39,648 bases of DNA, from the IMG/VR virus record IMGVR_UViG_3300045988_050273, positions 1 to 39,648 of that record; one strand, written 5' to 3'. The stretch comes from a virus. Shown one piece after another: positions 14,978 to 23,369 of this stretch (position 1 is its first letter; each line of letters opens with the position of its first letter). Both the position numbers and the translations under genes were made by a program. The notes beneath the pieces were generated by a model. That model had not been told where the DNA came from. It searched no databases and saw only the letters and a list, made by a program, of their open reading frames with translations.

Positions 14978-15090
14978 AGCGTAATGTTCGTGTTTTGCCG
15001 TGTTTGCCGTGTTAAAAAAATTAATGTTCGTGTTACCCGGGTTACAACACGGCAAGTAACGCTAAAAACGCGCGTCGACCCGGGTTAAGA
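14978..15090. repeat. Repeat-dense non-coding segment upstream of the packaging genes (candidate pac/cos or origin-like region)
   Basis: Direct repeats: TAATGTTCGTGTT x2 (14982..14994, 15022..15034), tandem TTGCCGTGT x2 (14995..15012), and ACCCGGGTTA x2 (15035..15044, 15078..15087). Inverted partner ACACGGCAA lies at 15047..15055. Outer stem is TAGCGT/ACGCTA. Confidence 0.6.
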
Positions 15091-15108
15091 TCAAGGAGGA
15101 CAAAGTCA

Positions 15109-15375
15109 GTGGCATTCAGTGAACAATTTGTTTTATCAGACGAGTATATCAACGGGCTACGCGTCCGTGTTACCGTGCAAGACACGGACACCGACACGCT
15201 TAGTTTTGTGTTTGACGGCGGCGAGTTTAATATCAAGCGCGTCGTAATTACGGATCAGTGGGTCAAAATTGAAACAGTTGACCGCGGTACCTATCGGTAC
15301 GCGACCGACAGCGTCCGGGAACTATGGACCCACGACATTATAGAAGTAGAGGAGATCGAAAACAATGAGAATTAA
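15109..15375 (+). CDS. Hypothetical protein (88 aa)
   Basis: GTG 15109 lies 8 nt after AAGGAGGA (15093..15100). It is the first ORF after the long gap. Confidence 0.7.
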   Translation: MAFSEQFVLSDEYINGLRVRVTVQDTDTDTLSFVFDGGEFNIKRVVITDQWVKIETVDRGTYRYATDSVRELWTHDIIEVEEIENNEN

Positions 15376-15655
15376 TATCAACGCAGATCATGAACCGGCA
15401 GCGCCAGCAACCAGAGATCAGAAGATCGAAAAGATTTTCATGGTACGAAAAGGCATAATAGCGTATAATGTTAGACACCTAAGATATAGCTATCGTATGA
15501 GCCGTGACGACGTTGCGGCAAGGTGTGGGTTATCGGCCCACTCAATCGTCCAGGCAGAGCGTGAGGACGTCGACGTTAAGCTTACGACGCTGATTAGGAT
15601 AGCCGAGGGTTTTGGTATTACATTAGAGAAATTAATAGGGGGACGGATAAAATGA
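15365..15655 (+). CDS. XRE-family helix-turn-helix transcriptional regulator
   Basis: LRYSYRMSRDDVAARCGLSAHSIVQAEREDVDVKLTTLIRIAEGFGITLEKLI is a canonical HTH_3/XRE pattern. Confidence 0.8.
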   Translation: MRININADHEPAAPATRDQKIEKIFMVRKGIIAYNVRHLRYSYRMSRDDVAARCGLSAHSIVQAEREDVDVKLTTLIRIAEGFGITLEKLIGGRIK

Positions 15656-15852
15656 ACGACAACGATTTAAGACGCCTAGCTGCCTTGATTGCAAAGCCAG
15701 TCAAGGAACAAGGTGCAACGCCAGCGAACGCGGCCTATATTGTACGGCCAGCCATGACTAAGTTCGACGTAGCATTCCGAGCGATCGGAATTGCCATGAC
15801 ACCACAAGAGAAAGAACGGGTCGTCGAACTCGTAATTAATAAGCTGGGCTAG
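15652..15852 (+). CDS. Hypothetical protein (66 aa)
   Basis: ATG 15652 is coupled to the upstream gene by an ATGA overlap. Confidence 0.7.
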   Translation: MNDNDLRRLAALIAKPVKEQGATPANAAYIVRPAMTKFDVAFRAIGIAMTPQEKERVVELVINKLG

Positions 15853-15910
15853 CGCCTGGCTTTTTTTGTGGTATTATAGAGCCATACAGAAACGAAAGGA
15901 GAACAGGCTC

Positions 15911-16459
15911 ATGAGCAGCGAGAAATTAAACCACTTAGACCGCGACGCTTTCTATGCCGAGCGGATACAGCCAAAGCTTGCCAAGATCGAACGACTGGCA
16001 CGTCGCGGCAAAAGTAAACAAGAGATCGCAGCCCGGATCGGGGTAGGCTATGGGACACTAATGGCCCACGCCAGAGATCGGACCGAGTTAAACGAAGCAC
16101 TAATCAGTGGCTACCGGGCAGCCGGGGACAAGGTAGTCAAGTCACTACTGCAGACAGCCATAGGCTACACAGTCAAAGAGCAAACGACGATATACGACGA
16201 CGAGAATAACGTGGTAGAAACACGGGTCAAAGAAAGATACATACCGCCGCTACACGGGGCACAGGTCCGCTTCTTGAAAATGATCGGTGAGTTTGACACG
16301 GTCGACGAAAAGCTCAAAGCAGCACAGATCAGAAACACAACGGCCGAAGCACGGATCAAAGAAGACGTATTGAATGGCGGCGGCAAAGACCTACCACCTA
16401 TTATGCAATGGCTAGGAAAACGTACACTGGGGGTCGAAGACAATGACGGCGACGAGTGA
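15911..16459 (+). CDS. terS: Terminase small subunit (putative)
   Basis: Track ORF 15866 trimmed to ATG 15911 (AAAGGAGA SD). It has an N-terminal HTH-like segment, GKSKQEIAARIGVGYGTLMAHAR. It lies immediately upstream of, and overlaps, the large terminase gene. Confidence 0.65.
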   Translation: MSSEKLNHLDRDAFYAERIQPKLAKIERLARRGKSKQEIAARIGVGYGTLMAHARDRTELNEALISGYRAAGDKVVKSLLQTAIGYTVKEQTTIYDDENNVVETRVKERYIPPLHGAQVRFLKMIGEFDTVDEKLKAAQIRNTTAEARIKEDVLNGGGKDLPPIMQWLGKRTLGVEDNDGDE

Positions 16460-17822
16460 CGAAAAGGTCCTAAGCCCAAAGCAGCTGGAAAACATTTACC
16501 AACCCTTAGACAAGATACGCTTTGAGTTAAACGAGGGGACGCCGAGATCGGGCAAGACCAGCAGCGACACGATCAAAATGAGCCTTTTCTATTTGCAGAC
16601 CCAGGACCCTAGCCACCTGGTACTGGCATACTCACAAGAACAGGCCTACCGTATGTTTTTCGACGACGGTGAGGGTTTCGGCTTGGTCCATTTACTAGGT
16701 CCCGATATTTGTCAGATGAAACATGACGACCACGGGGATCATTTGCAGATCACGCAGCCAGACACCGGTCGTAAGATCAAGGTCTATTACAAAGGCGGCG
16801 GCAAGGTCAACGCAGTTGGCGCGATCACAGGTTTAACCCTGGGCAGCGTCGTATTCCTTGAATACAACCTATTGCACAAAGACGTCATTGCCGAATGTTT
16901 CCGACGGACGTCGATTGCAAAGAACCGCTACCACCTGGCCGAACAGAACCCACCAGCGCCGAACCACCCGAACCTTAAGCTATTCAAACAGTTTGAGGAC
17001 AACGGCAGCTTTTTATTTAGACACTGGCGGCCACACGATAACCCAGGGTTCACACAAGAACGCCTGGACGAACTTTACAACGAACGCAAAAACATACCGT
17101 ACTTGCTGAACCGTGACTGGTACGGCAACCGAGTGCTACCAGAGGGCGTAATCTATGGCCAGCTGGACGTAACCGGGGACGAACCAGCCCACCGTATCGA
17201 CAAGATACCAGCGACCCAGAAATACGTCGAAACGATCATCACAGCCGACGGTGGTACCAGTGACGCGACGACCGCGTCGATCAATCAGATATGGTTTGAG
17301 AGCGGCCAGTTTTACTACTATCGGATCGCAAACTACTATCACAGTAACGCCGACACGGGCGACAGTAAGGCCATGAGTGACTATGCCAAAGAGATACAGC
17401 AGTTCATTTATGACGTGGCCACCGTCGACCCGAGGGTATTGCATTACAACCATTTCTATATCGACCCGGCTTGTAAGGCGTTGCGCCTGGAACTGCAGAA
17501 GCTAGGTGTCGAACGTATTTCACGGGCCGACAATAACGGCAAGGACAAAGCCAAGGGTAGCACAGGACAAAATAGCAAGGTCAAGGTCGGGATCGAGTAC
17601 GGCCAGGTCATTCTTGCAAATAAACGCTTTGCCCTTGTAGACGAAATGCCCGACAAGCTGCTAAAATACGGGCATGGGCCATTCTTACAAGAAGCCGGCC
17701 TTTACGTGTACAATGACAAGACAGGCGACCCAGCAGACAAGAACAACCATGCCATGGACGAGTTTCGTTACATGAACAACTATTTCTACAAGCAGTACCT
17801 ACGCCTGGAACTAGGGCTATAA
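16443..17822 (+). CDS. terL: Terminase large subunit
   Basis: Walker A is NEGTPRSGKTSSD. 459 aa. The C-terminal nuclease-like region contains DPACKAL and HAMDEFRY. It lies directly upstream of the portal gene. Confidence 0.85.
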   Translation: MTATSDEKVLSPKQLENIYQPLDKIRFELNEGTPRSGKTSSDTIKMSLFYLQTQDPSHLVLAYSQEQAYRMFFDDGEGFGLVHLLGPDICQMKHDDHGDHLQITQPDTGRKIKVYYKGGGKVNAVGAITGLTLGSVVFLEYNLLHKDVIAECFRRTSIAKNRYHLAEQNPPAPNHPNLKLFKQFEDNGSFLFRHWRPHDNPGFTQERLDELYNERKNIPYLLNRDWYGNRVLPEGVIYGQLDVTGDEPAHRIDKIPATQKYVETIITADGGTSDATTASINQIWFESGQFYYYRIANYYHSNADTGDSKAMSDYAKEIQQFIYDVATVDPRVLHYNHFYIDPACKALRLELQKLGVERISRADNNGKDKAKGSTGQNSKVKVGIEYGQVILANKRFALVDEMPDKLLKYGHGPFLQEAGLYVYNDKTGDPADKNNHAMDEFRYMNNYFYKQYLRLELGL

Positions 17823-17834
17823 AGGGGGTTTATT

Positions 17835-19493
17835 ATGTTCGACAAGATCAAGGGCGCCATTGGACGCGCCAAAAACTATATAGGGGGTATTTTCGGAATG
17901 AAAGAGCCATTAAATTTAACAACGGTCACGGACCACCCAAAAATCAAGCTGGCGCCGAGTGAACTAATTCGGGTCAGTGAAAACAAAGAGTTTTTTAAAA
18001 ATATCCATGACGACGTCGTTTACTACGACAGCAATAACGACATGTGTACGCGGCCATACAACGCCGTTAACCTAAGTAAGACCGTGAGCCGTAAGCTGGC
18101 CAAGCTGGTATTTAACGAGGGTTTCAACGCCGAACTAAGTACTGAAGACGCGCAAGAGTTTATCGACAGTATCCTCGAAGCCAACCGGTTTAACCAGGTA
18201 TTCGGCGAGGAATTAGAGGGCGGCTATGCAATCAGTGGCCTGGCGATCGTGCCCGTCTTTGACGACATGGCCCGGACAATCAAGTTCGTATACTGCAGCG
18301 CGGACAACTTTATACCATTGGACGGCAATACGAACCTGGTACGATCAGCAGCGATCCTTAACCACTACAGGGACGTCAAAGACGGCGAGATCGTCTACTA
18401 TACCCTCTTTGCTTTCCATGAGCCGTATGGCGTCGTAGGGTCCTTAAACCAGCAAGGCGAACCGGAATATGGTTACGCGATCCACCATGAGCTATATGAA
18501 TCTAAGGACCCAAACACCGTCGGCAAACAAGTCAGTCTTAAGGCTTGTGAAGAAACAGCCCACCTACAGGACCAGGTTCTTATGCCAGGTCGTGGTAAGC
18601 CGCTATTCGTTTATATTAAGCTTGCCGGTAAGAACAACGTTAACTATGGCAGCCCGTTAGGCCTTGGGGTCATTGACAACGCCAAGCGCCAGCTTATTAA
18701 TTTTAACGACAAGTACGACTTGTATATGAACGAGATCGACACGGCAACCCGGCAGCTAGTGGCGTCCAGCGAATTTTTTGAAACTCGCTACGACCCGAAC
18801 GGCCAGCCGCGCCGAGTGTTTAACCCAAGAACGCAGATATGGCAAAGGCTACAAACAGAGGACCCAATTATCCAGGACTTCACGCCAGCGATCCGGGCAA
18901 CCGAGTATATCGAGAGCCTTAACTTTATCCTACGGATCATTGAGCAAAGCACAGGCTTTTCTAGTGGGACATTCAGCTTTGACGGCCAGAGCGTTAAGAC
19001 AGCGACCGAGGTTATCAGCGAGAACACGGACACGTATCAAACACGGGCGGACAACGTGCTTATCGTGGCGACAGCCTTGGGCGACCTATTGGAAAACTGC
19101 CTATACCTGGGCCAATACTACGACGTCTATAATGGACGGATCGACGTAGATATCGTGATCGACTTTGACGACGGTGTATTCACGTCCAAAGCAGAGCGCC
19201 AAAACTACGCCGTAGCTGGGAAGTCTGCTGGCCTACTATCGGTACGGACCGCCATGAAACGCGCATTCGGCTGGGACGACGACCAAGCACAAGCCGAGTA
19301 CGACAAGATACAAGAGGAGAAGACGGCCAGCACGCCGTCAGCATTCCAGCAGTACAGCGAGCAGCTACAGTACGGGCCTAGTGAAATACCAGGGGCCAGT
19401 GACGACGAAGACCTGGAAGACGAAGACGCTGGCAACGCGATCATAACCGAAGAAACTCGACGGGGCAACCGGGCAGCAGCGCGGAACCAATAG
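17835..19493 (+). CDS. Portal protein (SPP1 gp6-like)
   Basis: 552 aa, located after terL. The N-terminal region and acidic C-terminus are typical of Gp6-type portals. Confidence 0.85.
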   Translation: MFDKIKGAIGRAKNYIGGIFGMKEPLNLTTVTDHPKIKLAPSELIRVSENKEFFKNIHDDVVYYDSNNDMCTRPYNAVNLSKTVSRKLAKLVFNEGFNAELSTEDAQEFIDSILEANRFNQVFGEELEGGYAISGLAIVPVFDDMARTIKFVYCSADNFIPLDGNTNLVRSAAILNHYRDVKDGEIVYYTLFAFHEPYGVVGSLNQQGEPEYGYAIHHELYESKDPNTVGKQVSLKACEETAHLQDQVLMPGRGKPLFVYIKLAGKNNVNYGSPLGLGVIDNAKRQLINFNDKYDLYMNEIDTATRQLVASSEFFETRYDPNGQPRRVFNPRTQIWQRLQTEDPIIQDFTPAIRATEYIESLNFILRIIEQSTGFSSGTFSFDGQSVKTATEVISENTDTYQTRADNVLIVATALGDLLENCLYLGQYYDVYNGRIDVDIVIDFDDGVFTSKAERQNYAVAGKSAGLLSVRTAMKRAFGWDDDQAQAEYDKIQEEKTASTPSAFQQYSEQLQYGPSEIPGASDDEDLEDEDAGNAIITEETRRGNRAAARNQ

Positions 19494-19505
19494 CAAAGTA
19501 GGGAG

Positions 19506-19521
19506 TGTTTCACGTGGAACA
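19506..19521. promoter_or_regulatory. parS site 2 (identical to site 1, same orientation)
   Basis: TGTTTCACGTGGAACA lies 12 nt after the portal stop codon. The flanks AAAGTAGnGAG (5') and A (3') are shared with site 1. Confidence 0.85.
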
Positions 19522-20650
19522 ATTAGACTTTTATGGCGCCAAGGTACAAGAGTTATACCAGTACCTTGAAGCGTCACTGTTTGAAATAATCTGCCGCAAT
19601 CTACGACGGCAGCTGGAAAAGCTAGGACCCGATAGCGAGTTATCCATACCAGCGTGGCAGATCGACGCGCTGGCAGATATCGGTCAGTTAAACGAGGACG
19701 CAATCGCTAAGATTGCCGAGGTATCCGGACTAACGCCGGACGTCGTACGCCAGGCGGTCTACAGCGTCGGGTATGACACGATCAAAGAGGTCGACGACCG
19801 ACTAACCTACCGAGAGCGTCCACCAATACCAGCGGCCCTACAGCAGCGCCTAGACGCCTTAGTAAACCAGGCAGTCCTTAACCTTGATAACTTGATTAAT
19901 CAAACGCTGCTAACGTCTAACGGCGTCGTCGGGGTTTACCAGGATATCATAAGCCGCGCTGCTGCCGAAGCGTCAATAGGTTTAACCACGTTAGACCAGG
20001 CGGTCAGTCGGACCGTAAACGAATGGCTAGAAAAAGGCATTCAGTCGGGCTTTGTCGATAAGGGCGGCCGTACGTGGTCGATTGAGAACTACGCCAAGAC
20101 GGCCATTAATTCAACGATCAACAACGCGTACCGGCAAGGGACCCAGGACCGTATGGCCGACTATGGGCTTTATACCATATTAATCGGCTCACACCCACAA
20201 GCCCGGCCAGCGTGTTCGTTGATCCAGGGCCACGTTGTCGACCTAAGACCTATGGCAGCACTGCCACCTGGCTGGAAGTACAAGTCAATCTATGACCCGG
20301 TGTGGAACGCTCACTACAAGGAACCAGGGGGCCACGCTGGCGTTAACTGCCACCACCCACACCTTGTTTTCGATCCGGAATACATGACCAATAACATGAC
20401 CCAATACAACCCGGAAGAAGCCCGGAGAGCCGACGAGATCGAAGCCGGACGCAAGGCCATTGCTAACCGTATCCGGAAGTCCAAAAAGAAACTAATGGCC
20501 TACGAAGCGCTGGGCGATCCAGCAAAAACGGGCTATTATAAGAAATTGCTTAACAAACAGCGTAATGCTATGGTACAATACGTTAAGGACAACGATTTAA
20601 AACGTGAGTACTCACTAGAACGGGTAATCACGCCAGAATCAGACGTCTAA
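19514..20650 (+). CDS. Minor head / head morphogenesis protein (SPP1 gp7 / Mu F-like)
   Basis: It follows the portal gene, as in SPP1-like head modules. The track start GTG 19505 overlaps the SD AGGGAG (19500..19505). GTG 19514, the parS centre, is spaced 8 nt from the SD. Confidence 0.75.
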   Translation: MEQLDFYGAKVQELYQYLEASLFEIICRNLRRQLEKLGPDSELSIPAWQIDALADIGQLNEDAIAKIAEVSGLTPDVVRQAVYSVGYDTIKEVDDRLTYRERPPIPAALQQRLDALVNQAVLNLDNLINQTLLTSNGVVGVYQDIISRAAAEASIGLTTLDQAVSRTVNEWLEKGIQSGFVDKGGRTWSIENYAKTAINSTINNAYRQGTQDRMADYGLYTILIGSHPQARPACSLIQGHVVDLRPMAALPPGWKYKSIYDPVWNAHYKEPGGHAGVNCHHPHLVFDPEYMTNNMTQYNPEEARRADEIEAGRKAIANRIRKSKKKLMAYEALGDPAKTGYYKKLLNKQRNAMVQYVKDNDLKREYSLERVITPESDV

Positions 20651-20708
20651 CTCTAACGGCGGTCGTAACGTCGATAGGCTATAAGCCAATAACGACAGGA
20701 GGAAGAAA

Positions 20709-21281
20709 ATGAACAGAGAAGCACTGAAAGCACTTGGTTTGAATGATGAACAGGTCGACGCAGTCATGGCAGCACACGGACAGGCAACCGGTACTTTGAC
20801 CCAGCAAGTCGCAGAATTAACCACGGAACGCGACAACTTGCAGACCCAGGTTACTAACTACGGCACGCAGATCGAAGAACTGAAAACAACGTCCGGCGAA
20901 GAACTGACCAGCAAGATCGAAGAGATCAAACAAGCCCAAGCTGCAAAGTTGGCAGAAAACGAGCAAGCTATGGCAGAGTTGAAAAAAGGCTACGAGGTAC
21001 GCCTTGCTTTACAAGCGGCCGGCGCGCGTAACGCTAAGGCAGTCGAAGCTTTACTGGACCGCTCGATCATTAAGGTCGAAGACGGTAAAGTAGTCGGGAT
21101 CAACGAGCAGATCGAAAACTTGAAAAACGGTGAGGACACCAGTTTTCTATTTCAAGAAGCCCAAGCGACCCAACCAGCTAAGCCAGCTATTACGTTTTCT
21201 AGCAACTCTAGTGACCCGGCGGTAGTCACAGAAACTGACCCGTTCGAGGCCATGTTTAAAAGCATAGAAAATGGAGAGTGA
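20709..21281 (+). CDS. Scaffolding protein (Phage_GP20-like)
   Basis: MNREALKALGLNDEQVDAVMAAHGQ plus a long coiled coil. It lies immediately upstream of the capsid gene. Confidence 0.8.
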   Translation: MNREALKALGLNDEQVDAVMAAHGQATGTLTQQVAELTTERDNLQTQVTNYGTQIEELKTTSGEELTSKIEEIKQAQAAKLAENEQAMAELKKGYEVRLALQAAGARNAKAVEALLDRSIIKVEDGKVVGINEQIENLKNGEDTSFLFQEAQATQPAKPAITFSSNSSDPAVVTETDPFEAMFKSIENGE

Positions 21282-21286
21282 AAAAG

Positions 21287-22288
21287 ATGAAAAATGTTTC
21301 TAAAGCCAACATGCAGCGCGGTATGGCAATGCAGTTGCAACGATTTGCGACGTACACAACGCCTACCACGCCAGGTAGTAACAAAGCTAGCAACACTACA
21401 GGGGTCGTAGGATCGATCGGCGTTTATCGTCCGCAATTTGTCCGCGCCTTGTCGTTATTATTCCAAAAACGTTCTTACTTTGCTAACTTCTTTGACGGAG
21501 GGATCGCAACCCAGGACGATATCGCGGAAAACGACACAGTCTTTACGTTGAAGATTAACCAGCAGCCAGTGGTAGCTAAACGCTACGACGTGGACCCTAA
21601 CGTAGCCTTTGGCACAGGGACCGCTAATTCTACTCGTTTTGGCGAACGTATGGAAATTGTCTACAAAAATGTAGCCGTACCGTACACTTGGGACTATGGC
21701 TGGCATGAGGGTATCGACCGTGCTACTGTTAACATGGACGAAGCTACAGCGATCGCAGATCGTATCAAGGCACAAGCAGAATTTAAAATGAGCGAATTTA
21801 ACAAAGCTCACGGAAAATTCATTTCTGACAATGCTACAGCGTTGACTAACTCGACCGTGGCTGGGGCTAACCCAACGCAAGCCGAAGTTGTCGCAGCGTT
21901 TAACGAAGCCTTTGAGTTATTCACTAACTTAGAAGCGATCGGAACTAAACGCGCTTATGTAACGCCGGAAGTTTGGAACTTGATTGTAGACAGTGGCCTA
22001 GCAGTTAACGACGCGAAAGCAGCTGGCGTGAACGTGGCAACTAACTATATTTACTCTTTCAAAGAGTTCATTTTAGAGTTGACACCTAAGTCTGCAATGG
22101 GCGGCGCTAACGACTTAGTTTACTTCACGATTGACCGCGCGGCTTTGGCCTTTACAGGCGTCGCTACAGCGCGTACGATCGAATCGGAAGACTTTGACGG
22201 TAAAGCATTCCAAGGCCGTGGCCGTGCCGGTGAGTACATTCTTGACGATAACAAACAAGTCGTTAAGAAATTAGTGGCTACACCCTAA
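21287..22288 (+). CDS. Major capsid protein with an L27-like N-terminal leader
   Basis: Position and size fit the major capsid protein. ATG 21287 lies 8 nt after GGAGAG (GTG 21278 is an alternative). The leader is MKNVSKANMQRGMAMQLQRF/ATYTT. Confidence 0.8.
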   Translation: MKNVSKANMQRGMAMQLQRFATYTTPTTPGSNKASNTTGVVGSIGVYRPQFVRALSLLFQKRSYFANFFDGGIATQDDIAENDTVFTLKINQQPVVAKRYDVDPNVAFGTGTANSTRFGERMEIVYKNVAVPYTWDYGWHEGIDRATVNMDEATAIADRIKAQAEFKMSEFNKAHGKFISDNATALTNSTVAGANPTQAEVVAAFNEAFELFTNLEAIGTKRAYVTPEVWNLIVDSGLAVNDAKAAGVNVATNYIYSFKEFILELTPKSAMGGANDLVYFTIDRAALAFTGVATARTIESEDFDGKAFQGRGRAGEYILDDNKQVVKKLVATP

Positions 22289-22289
22289 T
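22283..22289 (+). other. Candidate +1 programmed frameshift site (CCC_UAA_U shifty stop)
   Basis: The capsid frame ends ACA CCC TAA. The +1 frame reads CCT AAT GTG CCC... and is open from 22275 into the Big_2 ORF. The Big_2 ORF has no SD. Confidence 0.45.
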
Positions 22290-22556
22290 GTGCCCGTACA
22301 AAGCGTTACACCTAGCCAGCAAACGTTGACCATGAAAGTAGGCGACGCTGCCAAAGCCGTGAGCTTCACGGTAGCGCCGTCGACGGCAACGAACAAAGGG
22401 CTAGACTATACTATCGACACCGCGATCGCAACGTACGTCGACGGTAAGGTAACGCCAGTCGCAGAGGGTACTACGGACTTAGTAGCAACCGCTAAAGACG
22501 GATCGGGCAAAACTGGAAAAATTGCGATTACAATTAACCCGGCGGACGCTGGATAA
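22290..22556 (+). CDS. Bacterial Ig-like (Big_2) domain, either a free protein or a frameshift extension of the capsid protein
   Basis: VTPSQQTLTMKVGDAAKAVSFTVAPSTATNKGLDYTIDTAIATYVDGKVTPVAEGTTDLVATAKDGSGKTGKIAITI fits the Big_2 pattern. GTG 22290 lies 1 nt after the capsid stop, with no recognisable SD. Confidence 0.7.
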   Translation: MPVQSVTPSQQTLTMKVGDAAKAVSFTVAPSTATNKGLDYTIDTAIATYVDGKVTPVAEGTTDLVATAKDGSGKTGKIAITINPADAG

Positions 22557-22565
22557 TTAACAACC

Positions 22566-22603
22566 TTAAGGGCTGGGGCTTAGGTCCTAGCCCTTAATTT
22601 TTT
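22566..22603 (+). terminator. Intrinsic terminator after the capsid/Big_2 genes
   Basis: TTAAGGGCTGGGG (22566..22578) pairs with CCTAGCCCTTAA (22586..22597), followed by TTTTTT. Confidence 0.8.
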
Positions 22604-22620
22604 AGAAAGGCGGCGAGTAT

Positions 22621-23040
22621 ATGGCTTACTTAACGTTTCAAGAGTACCAGAGTTACGGCGGATCACTTGAAGAAGCCGAGTTTCAAAAATTGCTACCAAA
22701 GGCTGCCGACGCGATCAATAACCTAACACTGGACTTTTATGAGGACCCGTTAGTATTGGAAGCCGACATTTTGACGCCACAGTATGGCCGCAGAGCCGTT
22801 CGGTTTAAAAAGGCGATAACTTACCAGATCGAGTACTACAGCTTCTTAGGCACGACGTCAGTGGCCCAGATGAACGCTACGCCGTCGTCGCAGAGTATCG
22901 GCGGCACAAGCGTAAGCTATGGCGATCAAGTACGCGACGCGTCCGGGAACGTTTCACGGTACGCGGCCGAGGTTATCGAAGTCTTAGAGCCGACCGGTTT
23001 ACTGTATCGGGGGGTAGGCCTATGCAGACGCTACAGGTAG
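22621..23040 (+). CDS. Head-tail connector / adaptor protein (gp6-like, putative)
   Basis: The N-terminus MAYLTFQEYQSYGG...LLPKAADAINNLT and its position as the first gene after the capsid genes are typical of head-tail connector proteins. Confidence 0.6.
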   Translation: MAYLTFQEYQSYGGSLEEAEFQKLLPKAADAINNLTLDFYEDPLVLEADILTPQYGRRAVRFKKAITYQIEYYSFLGTTSVAQMNATPSSQSIGGTSVSYGDQVRDASGNVSRYAAEVIEVLEPTGLLYRGVGLCRRYR

Positions 23041-23369
23041 ACCCACGCTGGCTTGTCGATAGTTTTATCTTTGAGAAATACGCTGGGGCCGACGGATATG
23101 GTGGCGTCAAGTTTGAGAACCCTATTACAGTTGATAATTGTCGTATCGACTACAAGAAAAGTTATGAACGAAACTCGAACGAAGTTGTAAAGATCGGCGA
23201 CGGTACTATCTTCTGTTATGGCAAGTACACGACAGGCGCAGCCTTGACGGACCTGGTAGAAAAATCAAAGGTCACAATCGACGGAAAACCTTACACCATT
23301 AAACAGGTGGCCATTTTCAAGGAAGTCATGAGCAGCGATATTTTCAGCGTTGAGTTGGTGATCCTATGA
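23022..23369 (+). CDS. Head closure / head-tail joining protein (putative)
   Basis: Called from its position and size (115 aa) in the connector gene set. It overlaps the upstream gene. Confidence 0.5.
   Translation: MQTLQVDPRWLVDSFIFEKYAGADGYGGVKFENPITVDNCRIDYKKSYERNSNEVVKIGDGTIFCYGKYTTGAALTDLVEKSKVTIDGKPYTIKQVAIFKEVMSSDIFSVELVIL

Noticed and set aside
15034-15088. CCCGGG-centred motifs considered as Noc-binding sites (ATTTCCCGGGAAAT)
   Set aside because: Only the CCCGGG core matches. The flanks (TTACCCGGGTTA, GACCCGGGTTA) are not palindromic and do not match the Noc consensus. They are kept only as a direct repeat.
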